The position numbers were made by a program, and so were the translations under genes. A model generated the notes under the pieces. The model saw nothing but the letters and a program-made list of their open reading frames with translations. It made no database searches and was not told the DNA's origin. This document shows, piece after piece, positions 19,374-29,203 of a stretch of 64,000 nt of DNA. The DNA comes from Lachnospiraceae bacterium (GTDB lineage Bacteria; Bacillota; Clostridia; Lachnospirales; Lachnospiraceae), in contig JAGBBM010000015.1 of NCBI GenBank assembly GCA_017938485.1, positions 26,528-90,527 of the forward strand, read 5' to 3'. Position 1 is the stretch's first letter; every line of letters starts with the position of its first letter.

Positions 19374-20166
19374 TCTTTTCAAATATGGTTTTTCTGGACT
19401 TACAAATGTTAGCAACGAACCCTTTGTGTTTGATGCAAATAGCAGAGTTATCCAGAATGATAAACAACCTAAAATTATAAGACCTATTGAGGAAAAAAAA
19501 GATATAGAAGAAGAACAGGAAGCATCAAAATCTGAGGTTGATACTGCCAGCAGAGCAGTCTTAGATGATGCTATGGATACAGCAAAATCTATAAGAGATG
19601 ATGCGATTTTTCAGGCTTCTAAAATTATAGCTGACGCAAAAGCGGAAGCAGAGGCTATAAAAGAGCAGGCTCATGCTGATGGTCACAAACAGGGATACGA
19701 AGAAGGTAGTATGGAGGCTATGAAGGTAGCTGACGAATATCTTGAAAACCTTAAAAAAGAGCAAGAGGCCATGGTGGCAAGTAACAATATAACTATTGAA
19801 AAGGCTGTAAATGATGCCCAGACAAAATTGGTTGATTTTACTTGTCAGATAATTGAAAAGCTTACAGGCATTTTGGTTGAGGATTATAAATCTGTTATGT
19901 TCCATATGATTAATAATGCTCTTACTGATGCTGAAACTAGCAAAAAGTTTGTTATAAAGGTTTCTGAGTCAAATTATACATATATATCAGATAATTATGA
20001 CCGTCTTGTTGGTGCAGGTAATTCCAATATTGATATAGAGATATATGGAGATGCAAAGCTTGATAAGAGCCAATGTATAATCGAAACAGACAATGGTATT
20101 ATTGATTTGTCTATGGAGGTTCAGGTCAGAAATCTTGTTACAGCAATTAAGCTGCTTAGTGAATAA
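19366..20166 (+). CDS. fliH: Flagellar assembly protein FliH
   Basis: A/GxxxG repeats (AHADGHKQGYEEG), CIIETDNGIIDLS; lies between fliG and fliI. Confidence 0.88.
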   Translation: MSNLFKYGFSGLTNVSNEPFVFDANSRVIQNDKQPKIIRPIEEKKDIEEEQEASKSEVDTASRAVLDDAMDTAKSIRDDAIFQASKIIADAKAEAEAIKEQAHADGHKQGYEEGSMEAMKVADEYLENLKKEQEAMVASNNITIEKAVNDAQTKLVDFTCQIIEKLTGILVEDYKSVMFHMINNALTDAETSKKFVIKVSESNYTYISDNYDRLVGAGNSNIDIEIYGDAKLDKSQCIIETDNGIIDLSMEVQVRNLVTAIKLLSE

Positions 20167-20183
20167 TATAGATAATGTTATAG

Positions 20184-20204
20184 TCCCCGGTTTTTAATCG
20201 GGGA
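20184..20204 (+). other. Intra-operon stem-loop between fliH and fliI
   Basis: TCCCCGGTT-TTT-AATCGGGGA hairpin, followed by ATTTT. Confidence 0.5.
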
Positions 20205-20227
20205 ATTTTACCATAAGTGGGGAAAAT

Positions 20228-21538
20228 ATGATTAAGAAGTTTGATATTGAAAAATACAATCCTTTGTTATATAGAGATTTTACGGCTCACTATGGAAAGG
20301 TAAGTAAGATAGTAGGGTTAACAGTGGAATCCGTAGGACCACCATGTAAGCTAAACGACCTTTGTGAAATAGTGTCAAAAGACGGCACTACTTCTGTACA
20401 GGCCGAGGTGGTTGGATTTAGAGACAATAATGTTCTTTTGATGCCCTATGATTCTGTAGATGGCATTGGTATAGGGGCAACAGTAAAAAATACTGGCAAT
20501 GTACTTAGTGTTCCTGTTGGAGAAAATCTTCTTGGAAGGGTCCTTGATGGCATTGGAAGACCTATGGATGGGAAAGAACTTTTCTGCGATGAGGAATACC
20601 CTATAGATGCACCAGCTCCAGACCCATTGAAGAGAAAACTTATCAGTGAAGTTTTACCACTTGGAGTTAAGGCTATTGATTCGCTACTTACCATTGGAAA
20701 AGGCCAAAGAATTGGTATATTTGCAGGTAGTGGAGTTGGAAAAAGTACCTTACTTGGTATGATTGCAAGAAATACCAAGGCGGATATAAATGTTATTGCT
20801 CTTATTGGAGAGCGAGGCAGAGAGGTTGGAGAGTTTATAGAACGAGATCTTGGAGAAGAGGGCCTTAAAAGATCGGTTCTTGTTATAGCAACATCAGATA
20901 GACCAGCCTTGATTCGTAATAAAGCCGCTAAAACAGCTACTGCCATTGCAGAGTATTTTAGAGATCAAGGCAAGGATGTAATTCTTATGATGGATTCTCT
21001 TACCCGTTTTTCTATGGCACAAAGAGAAATAGGCCTTGCATCTGGTGAGCCACCTGTAACAAGAGGTTATCCACCATCGGTTTATTCGGAATTACCAAAG
21101 GTTCTAGAAAGAGCAGGTAATACATACAAGGGCTCTATAACTGGACTATATACAGTGCTTGTAGATGGTGACGATTTTAATGAGCCGATAACAGATACAG
21201 CCAGAGGTATATTGGATGGACATATTGTCTTATCTAGAAAGTTGGGACACAAGAATCATTATCCGGCAATAGATGTACTTGCAAGTATATCTAGATGTAT
21301 GAGCTCAGTTGCTACCAGTGAACATAAGGAATACGCAGGTAAGTTGAAGAATGTTCTTGCGACCTATAATGATGCAGAAGACCTTATAAATATAGGTGCA
21401 TATAGAGCAGGTTCAAACAAAAATATTGATTATGCTATATCCAAGATTGATAGAGTAAATGAATTCCTACGTCAGGATGTAAGTACAAAGTATCTTTTTG
21501 ATGATGAGGTAAATATGCTGAAAGACATTTTTCAGTAA
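20228..21538 (+). CDS. fliI: Flagellar export ATPase FliI
   Basis: GIFAGSGVGKSTL, LIGERGREV, MMDSLTRF, GEPPVTRGYPPS. Confidence 0.97.
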   Translation: MIKKFDIEKYNPLLYRDFTAHYGKVSKIVGLTVESVGPPCKLNDLCEIVSKDGTTSVQAEVVGFRDNNVLLMPYDSVDGIGIGATVKNTGNVLSVPVGENLLGRVLDGIGRPMDGKELFCDEEYPIDAPAPDPLKRKLISEVLPLGVKAIDSLLTIGKGQRIGIFAGSGVGKSTLLGMIARNTKADINVIALIGERGREVGEFIERDLGEEGLKRSVLVIATSDRPALIRNKAAKTATAIAEYFRDQGKDVILMMDSLTRFSMAQREIGLASGEPPVTRGYPPSVYSELPKVLERAGNTYKGSITGLYTVLVDGDDFNEPITDTARGILDGHIVLSRKLGHKNHYPAIDVLASISRCMSSVATSEHKEYAGKLKNVLATYNDAEDLINIGAYRAGSNKNIDYAISKIDRVNEFLRQDVSTKYLFDDEVNMLKDIFQ

Positions 21539-21555
21539 AATAAGTAGGTGATTTT

Positions 21556-22014
21556 TTGGCTAAGTTCTTTTATAGAATGCAAAATATTCTCGATATAAAA
21601 TATAAGCTTGAAGATACTGCCAAGCAAGAATATGCTGAGGCAAGAAGGCTTTTAAATATTGAGGAAGAAAAGTTAGAACAGCTAAAAATTAGAAAAGATG
21701 AATACCAGGAAGAATACAACAATTTGATTGTTGGTTCCTTGAATTTTGTAAAGATTGAAGAAACTGGAAATGCTATGGATATTATGGATATCCTTATTGA
21801 ACAGCAGATGGAAGTCGTAAAAAAGCGTAGCAAAGAACTAGAAAAAGCCAGAGTGAAACTTCAACAGGTGATGCAGGAAAGAAAGATGCATGAAAAATTA
21901 AAAGAGAAGCAGTTTGATGAGTTTGTGCAGGAGTTAAACAGTGCAGAAAATAAAGAAACTGACGAGGTTGTAAGTTACCAGTATAATAATTCTAATAAAG
22001 ATTCGGAGGGTTAG
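21556..22014 (+). CDS. fliJ: Flagellar export protein FliJ
   Basis: MAKFFYRMQNILDIK, coiled coil, ERKMHEKLKEK; follows fliI. Confidence 0.9.
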   Translation: MAKFFYRMQNILDIKYKLEDTAKQEYAEARRLLNIEEEKLEQLKIRKDEYQEEYNNLIVGSLNFVKIEETGNAMDIMDILIEQQMEVVKKRSKELEKARVKLQQVMQERKMHEKLKEKQFDEFVQELNSAENKETDEVVSYQYNNSNKDSEG

Positions 22015-22016
22015 AT

Positions 22017-22748
22017 ATGCCACGTGATAAGAGTGAAAAAATGGAGAAAACAGGAAAGGGTACAGCTATACTTATCTGTATTTTAATTGTCATTACATGG
22101 TTATCTGTTATGGCACTTCTTATAAAGTGTGATGTTGGAGGCTTCGGCTCTGAAGTACTTCGTCCTATTTTTAAGGATGTACCTGTTATAAAGCATATAT
22201 TACCACCTCCATCTGATGAGGAAGTAGCTATTGAAAGTGATTATCCATATGACACATTGGAGGAAGCTTTAGCTCAGATTTCAATTATGGACGAAGCAAT
22301 TGGCAGTAAAGACGCGGAAATCGTTGCATTAACTGATAAAGTAGCTGAATTGCAAGCAGAAGTTGATAGACTTACTGTGTTTGAAGACGAAAAAAATGAA
22401 TTTGAGGAAGAAAAAAATAAATTTTATGAAGAAATAGTCTATGGAGAATCGGCACCAGATACCGATATATATATAGAATGGTATAATTCAATTGATGCTG
22501 AACACGCAGAAAAGATTTATAGAGAGATTATTGAAGCGGATAAGGCTAGTCAAGAAATCATAGATCTTGCAGCGGCGTACGAAAGTATGGAGCCTAGTGC
22601 AGCGGCCGAGATATTAGAGAGTATGAGTAGTGATATGGACACGGTTGCACTTATTATGAACAATATGAGCTCATCAGCACAGGGAGAGATACTTGCAGCT
22701 ATGGACCCAGATTTTGCTGCCGCAGTTACAAAGAAACTTCTCCCATAG
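22017..22748 (+). CDS. YlxF/FlbB/MotE-like flagellar protein (TM, coiled coil, MgtE_N-like C-terminus)
   Basis: YESMEPSAAAEILESM..GEILAAMDPDFAA; sits between fliJ and fliK, like B. subtilis ylxF. Confidence 0.8.
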   Translation: MPRDKSEKMEKTGKGTAILICILIVITWLSVMALLIKCDVGGFGSEVLRPIFKDVPVIKHILPPPSDEEVAIESDYPYDTLEEALAQISIMDEAIGSKDAEIVALTDKVAELQAEVDRLTVFEDEKNEFEEEKNKFYEEIVYGESAPDTDIYIEWYNSIDAEHAEKIYREIIEADKASQEIIDLAAAYESMEPSAAAEILESMSSDMDTVALIMNNMSSSAQGEILAAMDPDFAAAVTKKLLP

Positions 22749-22785
22749 GTTATACCTAAAATTTTTCAAGAAAGGAGGAAACCGG

Positions 22786-24222
22786 ATGATAATGCCTATA
22801 TCTACAAGTGGTATTGGAAACGTTGATCTTTCTTCCAGTGCATCAAAAGCAAAATCAAAAGCTGAAGAAAAGGCTATGGATGCATTTGCAAGTCTTATGA
22901 ATATGACTGCTGGTGTTAGCAATGATACACCTACGGATGTTGCTTCTGAACTTGATACAACAAGCACTTCAGAAATTTCAGAAACAAGTAAAAGTGCGGA
23001 GTATGAAGTTAAAGATGATGTATATAAGAATGAAGAGCTTGAGGAAGCAGATATAAAAGAGTCATATGATACAAAGCAAGTTGAAGATTCAAAGACAGTT
23101 GACAATACTAAAGAGGATGCAAATGTAAAAGACGAGGGTATTGATACTGCTGTAAAAGTTTTGACAGAGCTTAAGAATATTGTTATGGAAAAACTTGATA
23201 TTACTGAAGAAGAACTTGATGGTCTTTTGGAAAGTATGGGTATTGAGCTTGTTGATTTGCTTGATGTAAATGTATTTAAAGATTTTGTGTTAACTACTCA
23301 AAATGCAACCAATGTGGATTTACTTATCAATGAGGATTTATCTACCCTTGTTAACGATTTGACAAAGGATTTAGAAAATCTTATCAATACTTATGATATT
23401 CAGGATGTACCAGAGCTTATTAACTTTGTTAAGGAAAATATCGAAGATATTGAAAAGGTTATGAATGTTAGCTTTGAAGAAGTTGTTGACAGTGATATTC
23501 CAAAGGTTGATGTGGAGATTGAAGATTCAAAAGAAGTTGTTGCTGATAACAAAGATGCAAAAACAGTTGTTAGCTTAGATAATTCAAATGAATCTGAGAA
23601 TGTGTCAGATGCATCAAAGACAAGTACAGATAGTCAGTCAAATAGTGAAGGATATCAGCCACAGGCTAAGGAAACACCTCAAAATCTTATAGTTAACAAC
23701 CTTAATCAAGCGGTAAACAACGCATTTGCAACAAACGGACTTGATGCAGTACCTTCATATGCAACTCCTGTAAGTGAAGCAGATATAGTAAGACAGATTA
23801 TTGATGAAATCAGAGTTAATGTGACTAAGGATACTACCTCCATGGAAGTACAACTTAATCCTGAACACCTTGGTAAGGTACAGATTAATGTTGCATCTAA
23901 GGATGGAATTATTACAGCACAGATTATAACTGAAAATGAGGCTGCTAAGCATGCTATAGAAAATAGTATTGCGGTACTTAAAGAAACTTTCAATAATCAA
24001 GAACTTAAAGTTGAAGCTGTAGAGGTTATGATTGCATCATATGAATTCTTTAATCAGGGACAGGATGCACAGTTCGAAAATGAAGAGCAGGCCAATGCTT
24101 CAAGAACAACAGGGGATATTAATCTCAACGAGGGCTTAATTGAGGATGAATTAACAGATGAGGAACAGTTACAGGTTGAGGTTATGAGAAAACAAGGAAG
24201 TAGTGTTAATTACACTATATAA
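22786..24222 (+). CDS. fliK: Flagellar hook-length control protein FliK
   Basis: T3S4 domain MEVQLNPEHLGKVQINV..LKETFNNQELKVEAVEV. Start moved to ATG 22786 after AAGGAGG. Confidence 0.92.
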   Translation: MIMPISTSGIGNVDLSSSASKAKSKAEEKAMDAFASLMNMTAGVSNDTPTDVASELDTTSTSEISETSKSAEYEVKDDVYKNEELEEADIKESYDTKQVEDSKTVDNTKEDANVKDEGIDTAVKVLTELKNIVMEKLDITEEELDGLLESMGIELVDLLDVNVFKDFVLTTQNATNVDLLINEDLSTLVNDLTKDLENLINTYDIQDVPELINFVKENIEDIEKVMNVSFEEVVDSDIPKVDVEIEDSKEVVADNKDAKTVVSLDNSNESENVSDASKTSTDSQSNSEGYQPQAKETPQNLIVNNLNQAVNNAFATNGLDAVPSYATPVSEADIVRQIIDEIRVNVTKDTTSMEVQLNPEHLGKVQINVASKDGIITAQIITENEAAKHAIENSIAVLKETFNNQELKVEAVEVMIASYEFFNQGQDAQFENEEQANASRTTGDINLNEGLIEDELTDEEQLQVEVMRKQGSSVNYTI

Positions 24223-24240
24223 TGAAAGGAGGAATATGAG

Positions 24241-24750
24241 ATGGCAGATCCTATAATTGGAGGAATTGATACATCCAAAGCAGATTCATATGTATCAAAC
24301 AAAAAAGAAACTTCAAATGATCTTGATAAAGATGCATTTTTACAGCTTCTTGTAACTCAGATGCAGTATCAGGACCCACTTAATCCAGGAGACAGTACAC
24401 AATATATGTCACAGCTTGCTCAGTATTCATCTCTTGAAGCAACTATGAACATAAGCACAACCCTTGAAAAGGGAAATGCACTTAGTGTTGTTGGTGAGTA
24501 TGTAATTATGAATACTACTGACTCCGCAGGAAATACAAGCCAGATTAGTGGATTAGTTGAGTACGCAACAGTACAAAATGACGAAGTACTCTTATCAATC
24601 AATGGTAATTACTATCCTGCATCAGATTTGGATTCTATAGTAGATTATGATTATTACTTGTTCTTACAGGAACAGGCTGCAAATGGTAATCTTACAGAAA
24701 ATGGTGTTGGTAGTGGTGATTCAGCCAGCGAGGATACAAAAACTGAGTAG
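24241..24750 (+). CDS. flgD: Flagellar hook capping protein FlgD
   Basis: LDKDAFLQLLVTQMQYQDPLNP..QLAQYSSLE. Confidence 0.95.
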   Translation: MADPIIGGIDTSKADSYVSNKKETSNDLDKDAFLQLLVTQMQYQDPLNPGDSTQYMSQLAQYSSLEATMNISTTLEKGNALSVVGEYVIMNTTDSAGNTSQISGLVEYATVQNDEVLLSINGNYYPASDLDSIVDYDYYLFLQEQAANGNLTENGVGSGDSASEDTKTE

Positions 24751-24768
24751 AGAATAGGAGGGATTTCT

Positions 24769-25152
24769 ATGAATGGTTTAGATTCCAGAATCCTTTCCTT
24801 AGAACAGGCAACTGATATTTTTCTTCAGGGCAACAAAGTATCAAGGGGTGGCCAAAATCAAAGCGAGTTATCATTTCATGATATATTGGCAAAAACCAGT
24901 GAAGATGTTAAATTTTCCAAGCATGCCAATCAGCGACTGGAAAGTAGAAATATTACCCTATCAGATACACAGATTGATAGACTTAACCAGGGTGTGAGCC
25001 AAGCAAGAGGAAAAAGTATAAACGAATCCCTTGTAATGATGGACAATCTTGCATTTATAGTAAATATTAAGAATAATACAGTTGTAACTGCCCTAGAACA
25101 GGGAGAGGATGGAAATGTATTTACTAACATTGATGGAGCAGTAATTGTTTAA
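24769..25152 (+). CDS. TIGR02530 family flagellar operon protein
   Basis: VKFSKHANQRLESRNI..ESLVMMD..NNTVVTA..VFTNIDGAVIV; between flgD and flgE. Confidence 0.88.
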   Translation: MNGLDSRILSLEQATDIFLQGNKVSRGGQNQSELSFHDILAKTSEDVKFSKHANQRLESRNITLSDTQIDRLNQGVSQARGKSINESLVMMDNLAFIVNIKNNTVVTALEQGEDGNVFTNIDGAVIV

Positions 25153-25228
25153 AGCCGGACCTATAAGGAGGCTTATCTTCCCGGAATGACAGAAGGGAAA
25201 ACATTTAACGAATTGGAGGTCAAAAGTT

Positions 25229-26635
25229 ATGATGAGATCACTTTATTCTGGTGTTGCAGGTCTTAAGACTCACCAGACAAAAATGGACGTAATAGGTAAC
25301 AATATAGCAAACGTTAACACAATCGGATTTAAGACATCTTCAGTTTTATTCCGAGATGTTTTATATCAAACTACAGCAACAGCTACAGGTGCCACTGATA
25401 CAACTGGTGGTACAAATGCATCTCAGATTGGTCTTGGTACAAAGGTATCATCTATCGCAACTAATATTTCTGAGAGTGGAGCAGCACAAAGTACAAATAA
25501 TCCATATGATTTAATGCTTAATGCAGAATCACTTTTCATTGTTAGCAGAGGTGCAGGAAACTACTTTACTAAGGTTGGTAACTTCCAGGTGGATGCTGCT
25601 GGATGTCTTGTTACAAGTAACGGTTATCAGGTTATGGGTTGGCAGGTAGACCCAGAGGATCCTTCACAGATTAGAAAGGATACAGTTTCTGCTCTTTATC
25701 CTGAGTCAGAGGAAAACAAAGTATCTGCACCAGAACAAACATCAGCTGCATATATGACAGGTAACGTTGATTTTACAGACCCAGAGCTTATATCAGCAGA
25801 TGGTAAGGCTATTTCATTATCAGTATATGATTCATTAGGATATCCATATACAATTAAGTTTAAGCTTACAAAGGATACAGCTCAGGCTGATAGTTCTTTA
25901 TACAATTTGGAGATACAGTCTGTTACTGATGCAAACAATGTTGAAATTCTTGGAACAGATGATGCTGCAACTCCTGATGTTACAGAGGGTGGTTACACTG
26001 CAACTATAGCAGGTGCAAACTCAATTCAGGTTAAGTTTAATGCAGATACTGGTGCATTTGAGTATGTTGGTACTGCAGGAAATGATACTGCATTGCTTCA
26101 GATTATGCCTAATAACGCAGACAAGGGTAATGTATTCCAGTCAGTTATAAATGGTGAGCCAGTAGAGGGTATTACAATTGACTTCTCAAATCTTACAAGA
26201 TATGAGTCAGATGGAAATGCTACAGCTAAGATGGTTAGAGGTGCAACTGACGCTACAGGAGGCGGTCGTTCAATGGGTAAGCTCACTGATATAAGTATTG
26301 ATACATCAGGTAAAATCTTTGGCGTATATACTAATGGTGAGACTAAACTTTTAGGACAGATTGCTGTTGCAAAGTTCAGCAACGTTATGGGTCTTGAGTC
26401 TGTTGGTAACAGTATGTATGCTGCAACTCAGAACTCTGGAGATTTTGATGGTATTGGTTCTGCTGTAGATGAAGATGGCGGAACAATGTCACAGGGTGTT
26501 CTTGAAATGTCAAACGTAGACCTTTCTTCTGAGTTTACAGAGATGATTACAACTCAGAGAGGTTTCCAGGCAAACTCAAGAATTATCACTACATCAGATT
26601 CAATGCTTGAAGAGCTTGTAAATCTTAAGAGATAG
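25229..26635 (+). CDS. flgE: Flagellar hook protein FlgE
   Basis: MMRSLYSGVAGLKTHQTKMDVIGNNIANVNTIGFK; C-terminal LEMSNVDLSSEFTEMITTQRGFQANSR. Confidence 0.96.
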   Translation: MMRSLYSGVAGLKTHQTKMDVIGNNIANVNTIGFKTSSVLFRDVLYQTTATATGATDTTGGTNASQIGLGTKVSSIATNISESGAAQSTNNPYDLMLNAESLFIVSRGAGNYFTKVGNFQVDAAGCLVTSNGYQVMGWQVDPEDPSQIRKDTVSALYPESEENKVSAPEQTSAAYMTGNVDFTDPELISADGKAISLSVYDSLGYPYTIKFKLTKDTAQADSSLYNLEIQSVTDANNVEILGTDDAATPDVTEGGYTATIAGANSIQVKFNADTGAFEYVGTAGNDTALLQIMPNNADKGNVFQSVINGEPVEGITIDFSNLTRYESDGNATAKMVRGATDATGGGRSMGKLTDISIDTSGKIFGVYTNGETKLLGQIAVAKFSNVMGLESVGNSMYAATQNSGDFDGIGSAVDEDGGTMSQGVLEMSNVDLSSEFTEMITTQRGFQANSRIITTSDSMLEELVNLKR

Positions 26636-26655
26636 TACTAAAATTAATTAAAAAT

Positions 26656-26712
26656 AGAAGATTCCAAAGTCAAAATTAGCCTTGGTTTTGGAATCTTCTT
26701 TCTTTTATTTTT
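26656..26712 (+). terminator. Intrinsic terminator after flgE
   Basis: AGAAGATTCCAAA...TTTGGAATCTTCT stem followed by a T-rich tract. Confidence 0.75.
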
Positions 26713-26714
26713 TG

Positions 26715-26743
26715 TAGACATAAAAATACAGTTATGCTATAAT
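26715..26743 (+). promoter_or_regulatory. sigmaA promoter for the flbD-motAB-fliL... unit
   Basis: TAGACA-N17-TATAAT with a TG extended -10. Confidence 0.75.
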
Positions 26744-26794
26744 ATATCTAAATGTAAACTTGTGAGTGGTCTGTGCATTAAGGAGGGTATTACT

Positions 26795-26983
26795 ATGATA
26801 GAAGTTACTAGATTAAAAGGTTCAACTGTTATAATTAATGCCGAACTTATTGAGATGATCGAAGAGACACCGGATACTGTTATAACCCTTACAAGTGGTA
26901 AGAAGTACATAGTAAGTGAATCCGGAAAAGATATAATTGATTTAGTAATTAACTACAAGAGAAAGATACATTCATTACAGTAA
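26795..26983 (+). CDS. flbD: FlbD/SwrD family flagellar protein
   Basis: MIEVTRLKG..INAELIEMIEETPDTVITLTSGKKYIVSES. ATG 26795 follows AAGGAGG. Confidence 0.92.
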   Translation: MIEVTRLKGSTVIINAELIEMIEETPDTVITLTSGKKYIVSESGKDIIDLVINYKRKIHSLQ

Positions 26984-27005
26984 TTTTGTATTCGAGGTGA
27001 AAAAC

Positions 27006-27797
27006 GTGGATATAGCATCTATTATTGGCTTTTTAGGAGCATTTGCCCTTATGATATTTGGTATGGTTAATGGTAAAGGGTTCAGCGTTATAACTGACAC
27101 ATTCCTTGACCCTGCATCTGCACTTATAACGTTTGGTGGTTCATTCGGTGCTATTTTAGCCATGAATCCAATGAAGGATTTTGTGGCTGGACTTAAGTCT
27201 TTTGGACTTGTATTTAAAGTGCCAAAGGCAAATGAAACTGAGACAATTAAATCTATTATCGAATTATCTAATCTTGCAAGAAGAGAAGGCCTTCTCTCTC
27301 TTGAAGAATCTGCAAATGCCCTTGACAACGATTTTATGAAAAAGGGTGTTATGCTTATCGTGGATGGTACTGATCCAGAACTTGTTAGAAGTATTCTCGA
27401 AGCAGAACTTATTAATACTGACACAAGACACCAGGAAAATATAAGTTTCTGGAAGAATCTTGGCGCCATGGGTCCTGCTTGGGGTATGATTGGTACTCTT
27501 ATCGGTCTTATCAACATGCTTAAGGATTTGTCTGATCCAGACTCAATCGGTCCTAACATGGCGGTAGCCCTTATTACAACTTTGTATGGTTCTGTTCTTG
27601 CTAACTGGATTTGTACCCCAGTAGCTAACAAACTTACAAAACAAAATGACGTAGAAATCAAACTTAAAGAAGTTATGATAGAAGGTATTCTCTCTATTCA
27701 GGCAGGAGAGAATCCAAGAGTAATTGAAGAAAAGCTTAAATCATTCCTTTCTCCAAAGGAAAGAGCAAGCTTTGGTGACGAAGGTGGTGGACAGTAA
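27006..27797 (+). CDS. motA: Flagellar stator A subunit (MotA/PomA-like)
   Basis: ARREGLLSLE, GPAWGMIGTLIGLI, GPNMAVALITTLYG. Likely GTG start at 27006 (MDIASIIG). Confidence 0.95.
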   Translation: MDIASIIGFLGAFALMIFGMVNGKGFSVITDTFLDPASALITFGGSFGAILAMNPMKDFVAGLKSFGLVFKVPKANETETIKSIIELSNLARREGLLSLEESANALDNDFMKKGVMLIVDGTDPELVRSILEAELINTDTRHQENISFWKNLGAMGPAWGMIGTLIGLINMLKDLSDPDSIGPNMAVALITTLYGSVLANWICTPVANKLTKQNDVEIKLKEVMIEGILSIQAGENPRVIEEKLKSFLSPKERASFGDEGGGQ

Positions 27798-28642
27798 TGG
27801 CTAAGAGAAAGGAACAACCACCAGAGGAAGGCTCTCCAGCGTGGATGGCCACTTTTAGTGATTTGATGAACCTTTTGCTTTGTTTCTTCGTTTTGCTTTT
27901 TGCTAGTTCAACTATGGATGAAGGCAAGATACAGCGTATCGCTGCATCTTTTGACAACATAACATTTAATGTACTTAATGATGGTTCTGTCTCTTTGGTT
28001 GATGGTGAGTTGATGTCTGGTGGAGTTACTCAATTGCCGGATATTAATAGTGTTCTCACTGAGGCTGGCAAGAATGTTGAAGGAACAACAGGAGATGAAG
28101 CTATTTCCTCATCTACAGATGCAGAAAAACTTTCTGATGAAGAGTTAAAAGAAGAATATGAAAAACGTGGAGAAGAACAGTCTGAAGAGATGTATAATGA
28201 GATTGTTCAGTCCGCCGAGTCATACTCTATAGATGACCAAATTATTATTGATTATAATGCTCAGTATGTAGAACTTAATCTAAACGGTTCCATTCTTTTT
28301 GATTCTGGTGATGCCGAAGTTAAGGATGAAGCAAAGTTATTCTTACAAAAGATTGCTAGTATATTAGTTAAGTACAAGTATTGTATTATTGAGATAGAAG
28401 GTCATACAGATAATGTGCCTATTTCTACCTCTCAATTTGAGAATAACAGAGAGCTTTCTGCTGAAAGAGCAAGAAATGTATATGAATACTTGATAGAACA
28501 GGAAAACTTTATAGATTCTAATCTTAAAATTGCAGGATATGGTGAAAGTAATCCTGTAGCATCAAATGCTACTGAGGAAGGTCGTGCAAAGAATAGAAGA
28601 GTAGTAATCAAGATATACAATCAACAGAATTCTTATAATTAA
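27797..28642 (+). CDS. motB: Flagellar stator B subunit (MotB/PomB-like)
   Basis: WMATFSDLMNLLLCFFVLLF TM with the conserved Asp; OmpA-like EGHTDNVP..LSAERA..NRRV. Confidence 0.95.
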   Translation: MAKRKEQPPEEGSPAWMATFSDLMNLLLCFFVLLFASSTMDEGKIQRIAASFDNITFNVLNDGSVSLVDGELMSGGVTQLPDINSVLTEAGKNVEGTTGDEAISSSTDAEKLSDEELKEEYEKRGEEQSEEMYNEIVQSAESYSIDDQIIIDYNAQYVELNLNGSILFDSGDAEVKDEAKLFLQKIASILVKYKYCIIEIEGHTDNVPISTSQFENNRELSAERARNVYEYLIEQENFIDSNLKIAGYGESNPVASNATEEGRAKNRRVVIKIYNQQNSYN

Positions 28643-28653
28643 GGAGCAAAGAT

Positions 28654-29175
28654 ATGAAGAAAAACCTTATCACAGTCATAATTTTAGCTATATGTATTAT
28701 TAATTTAATATTTAATATACTTATTGTGTTTGTGTTTATGCCTCAGGCAACAAAGACTAATAATCTTATAACAGATATTGCAAAAGCACTAGATTTAGAG
28801 ATTGCATCTCTTAATTCAGGCGCATACCCAGGTCAGTTTGATGTAAGTAATCTTTCGCCATTTCAGTTAGAGCAGGGTAATCCTATTAATCTGGCATCAG
28901 ATGGTTCGGGAGATACACATGTAGTACAGTATGGACTTACAATTAATCTTGACAAGACTGCAGCAGATTACAATAAGACATTAGATAATCTTACAGCTTC
29001 TACTGCTTTGATTTATGATACAACCAGAGATATTATTGGTAAGTATACATATGAGCAAGTAATTGATGTTGAAGTTCAAAGACAGATTAAAGAAGAAATT
29101 CTTGCATCTTTAAAGCAGACATTTAACACTGAATGTATATATTCAGTTAGCTTCTACAATTGGGTAGCACAATAA
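28654..29175 (+). CDS. fliL: Flagellar basal body-associated protein FliL
   Basis: N-terminal TM, INL motif, C-terminal IYSVSFYNWVAQ; between motB and fliM. Confidence 0.85.
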   Translation: MKKNLITVIILAICIINLIFNILIVFVFMPQATKTNNLITDIAKALDLEIASLNSGAYPGQFDVSNLSPFQLEQGNPINLASDGSGDTHVVQYGLTINLDKTAADYNKTLDNLTASTALIYDTTRDIIGKYTYEQVIDVEVQRQIKEEILASLKQTFNTECIYSVSFYNWVAQ

Positions 29176-29203
29176 TTTATATGAGCTAAGGGAGGTGAGA
29201 AGT

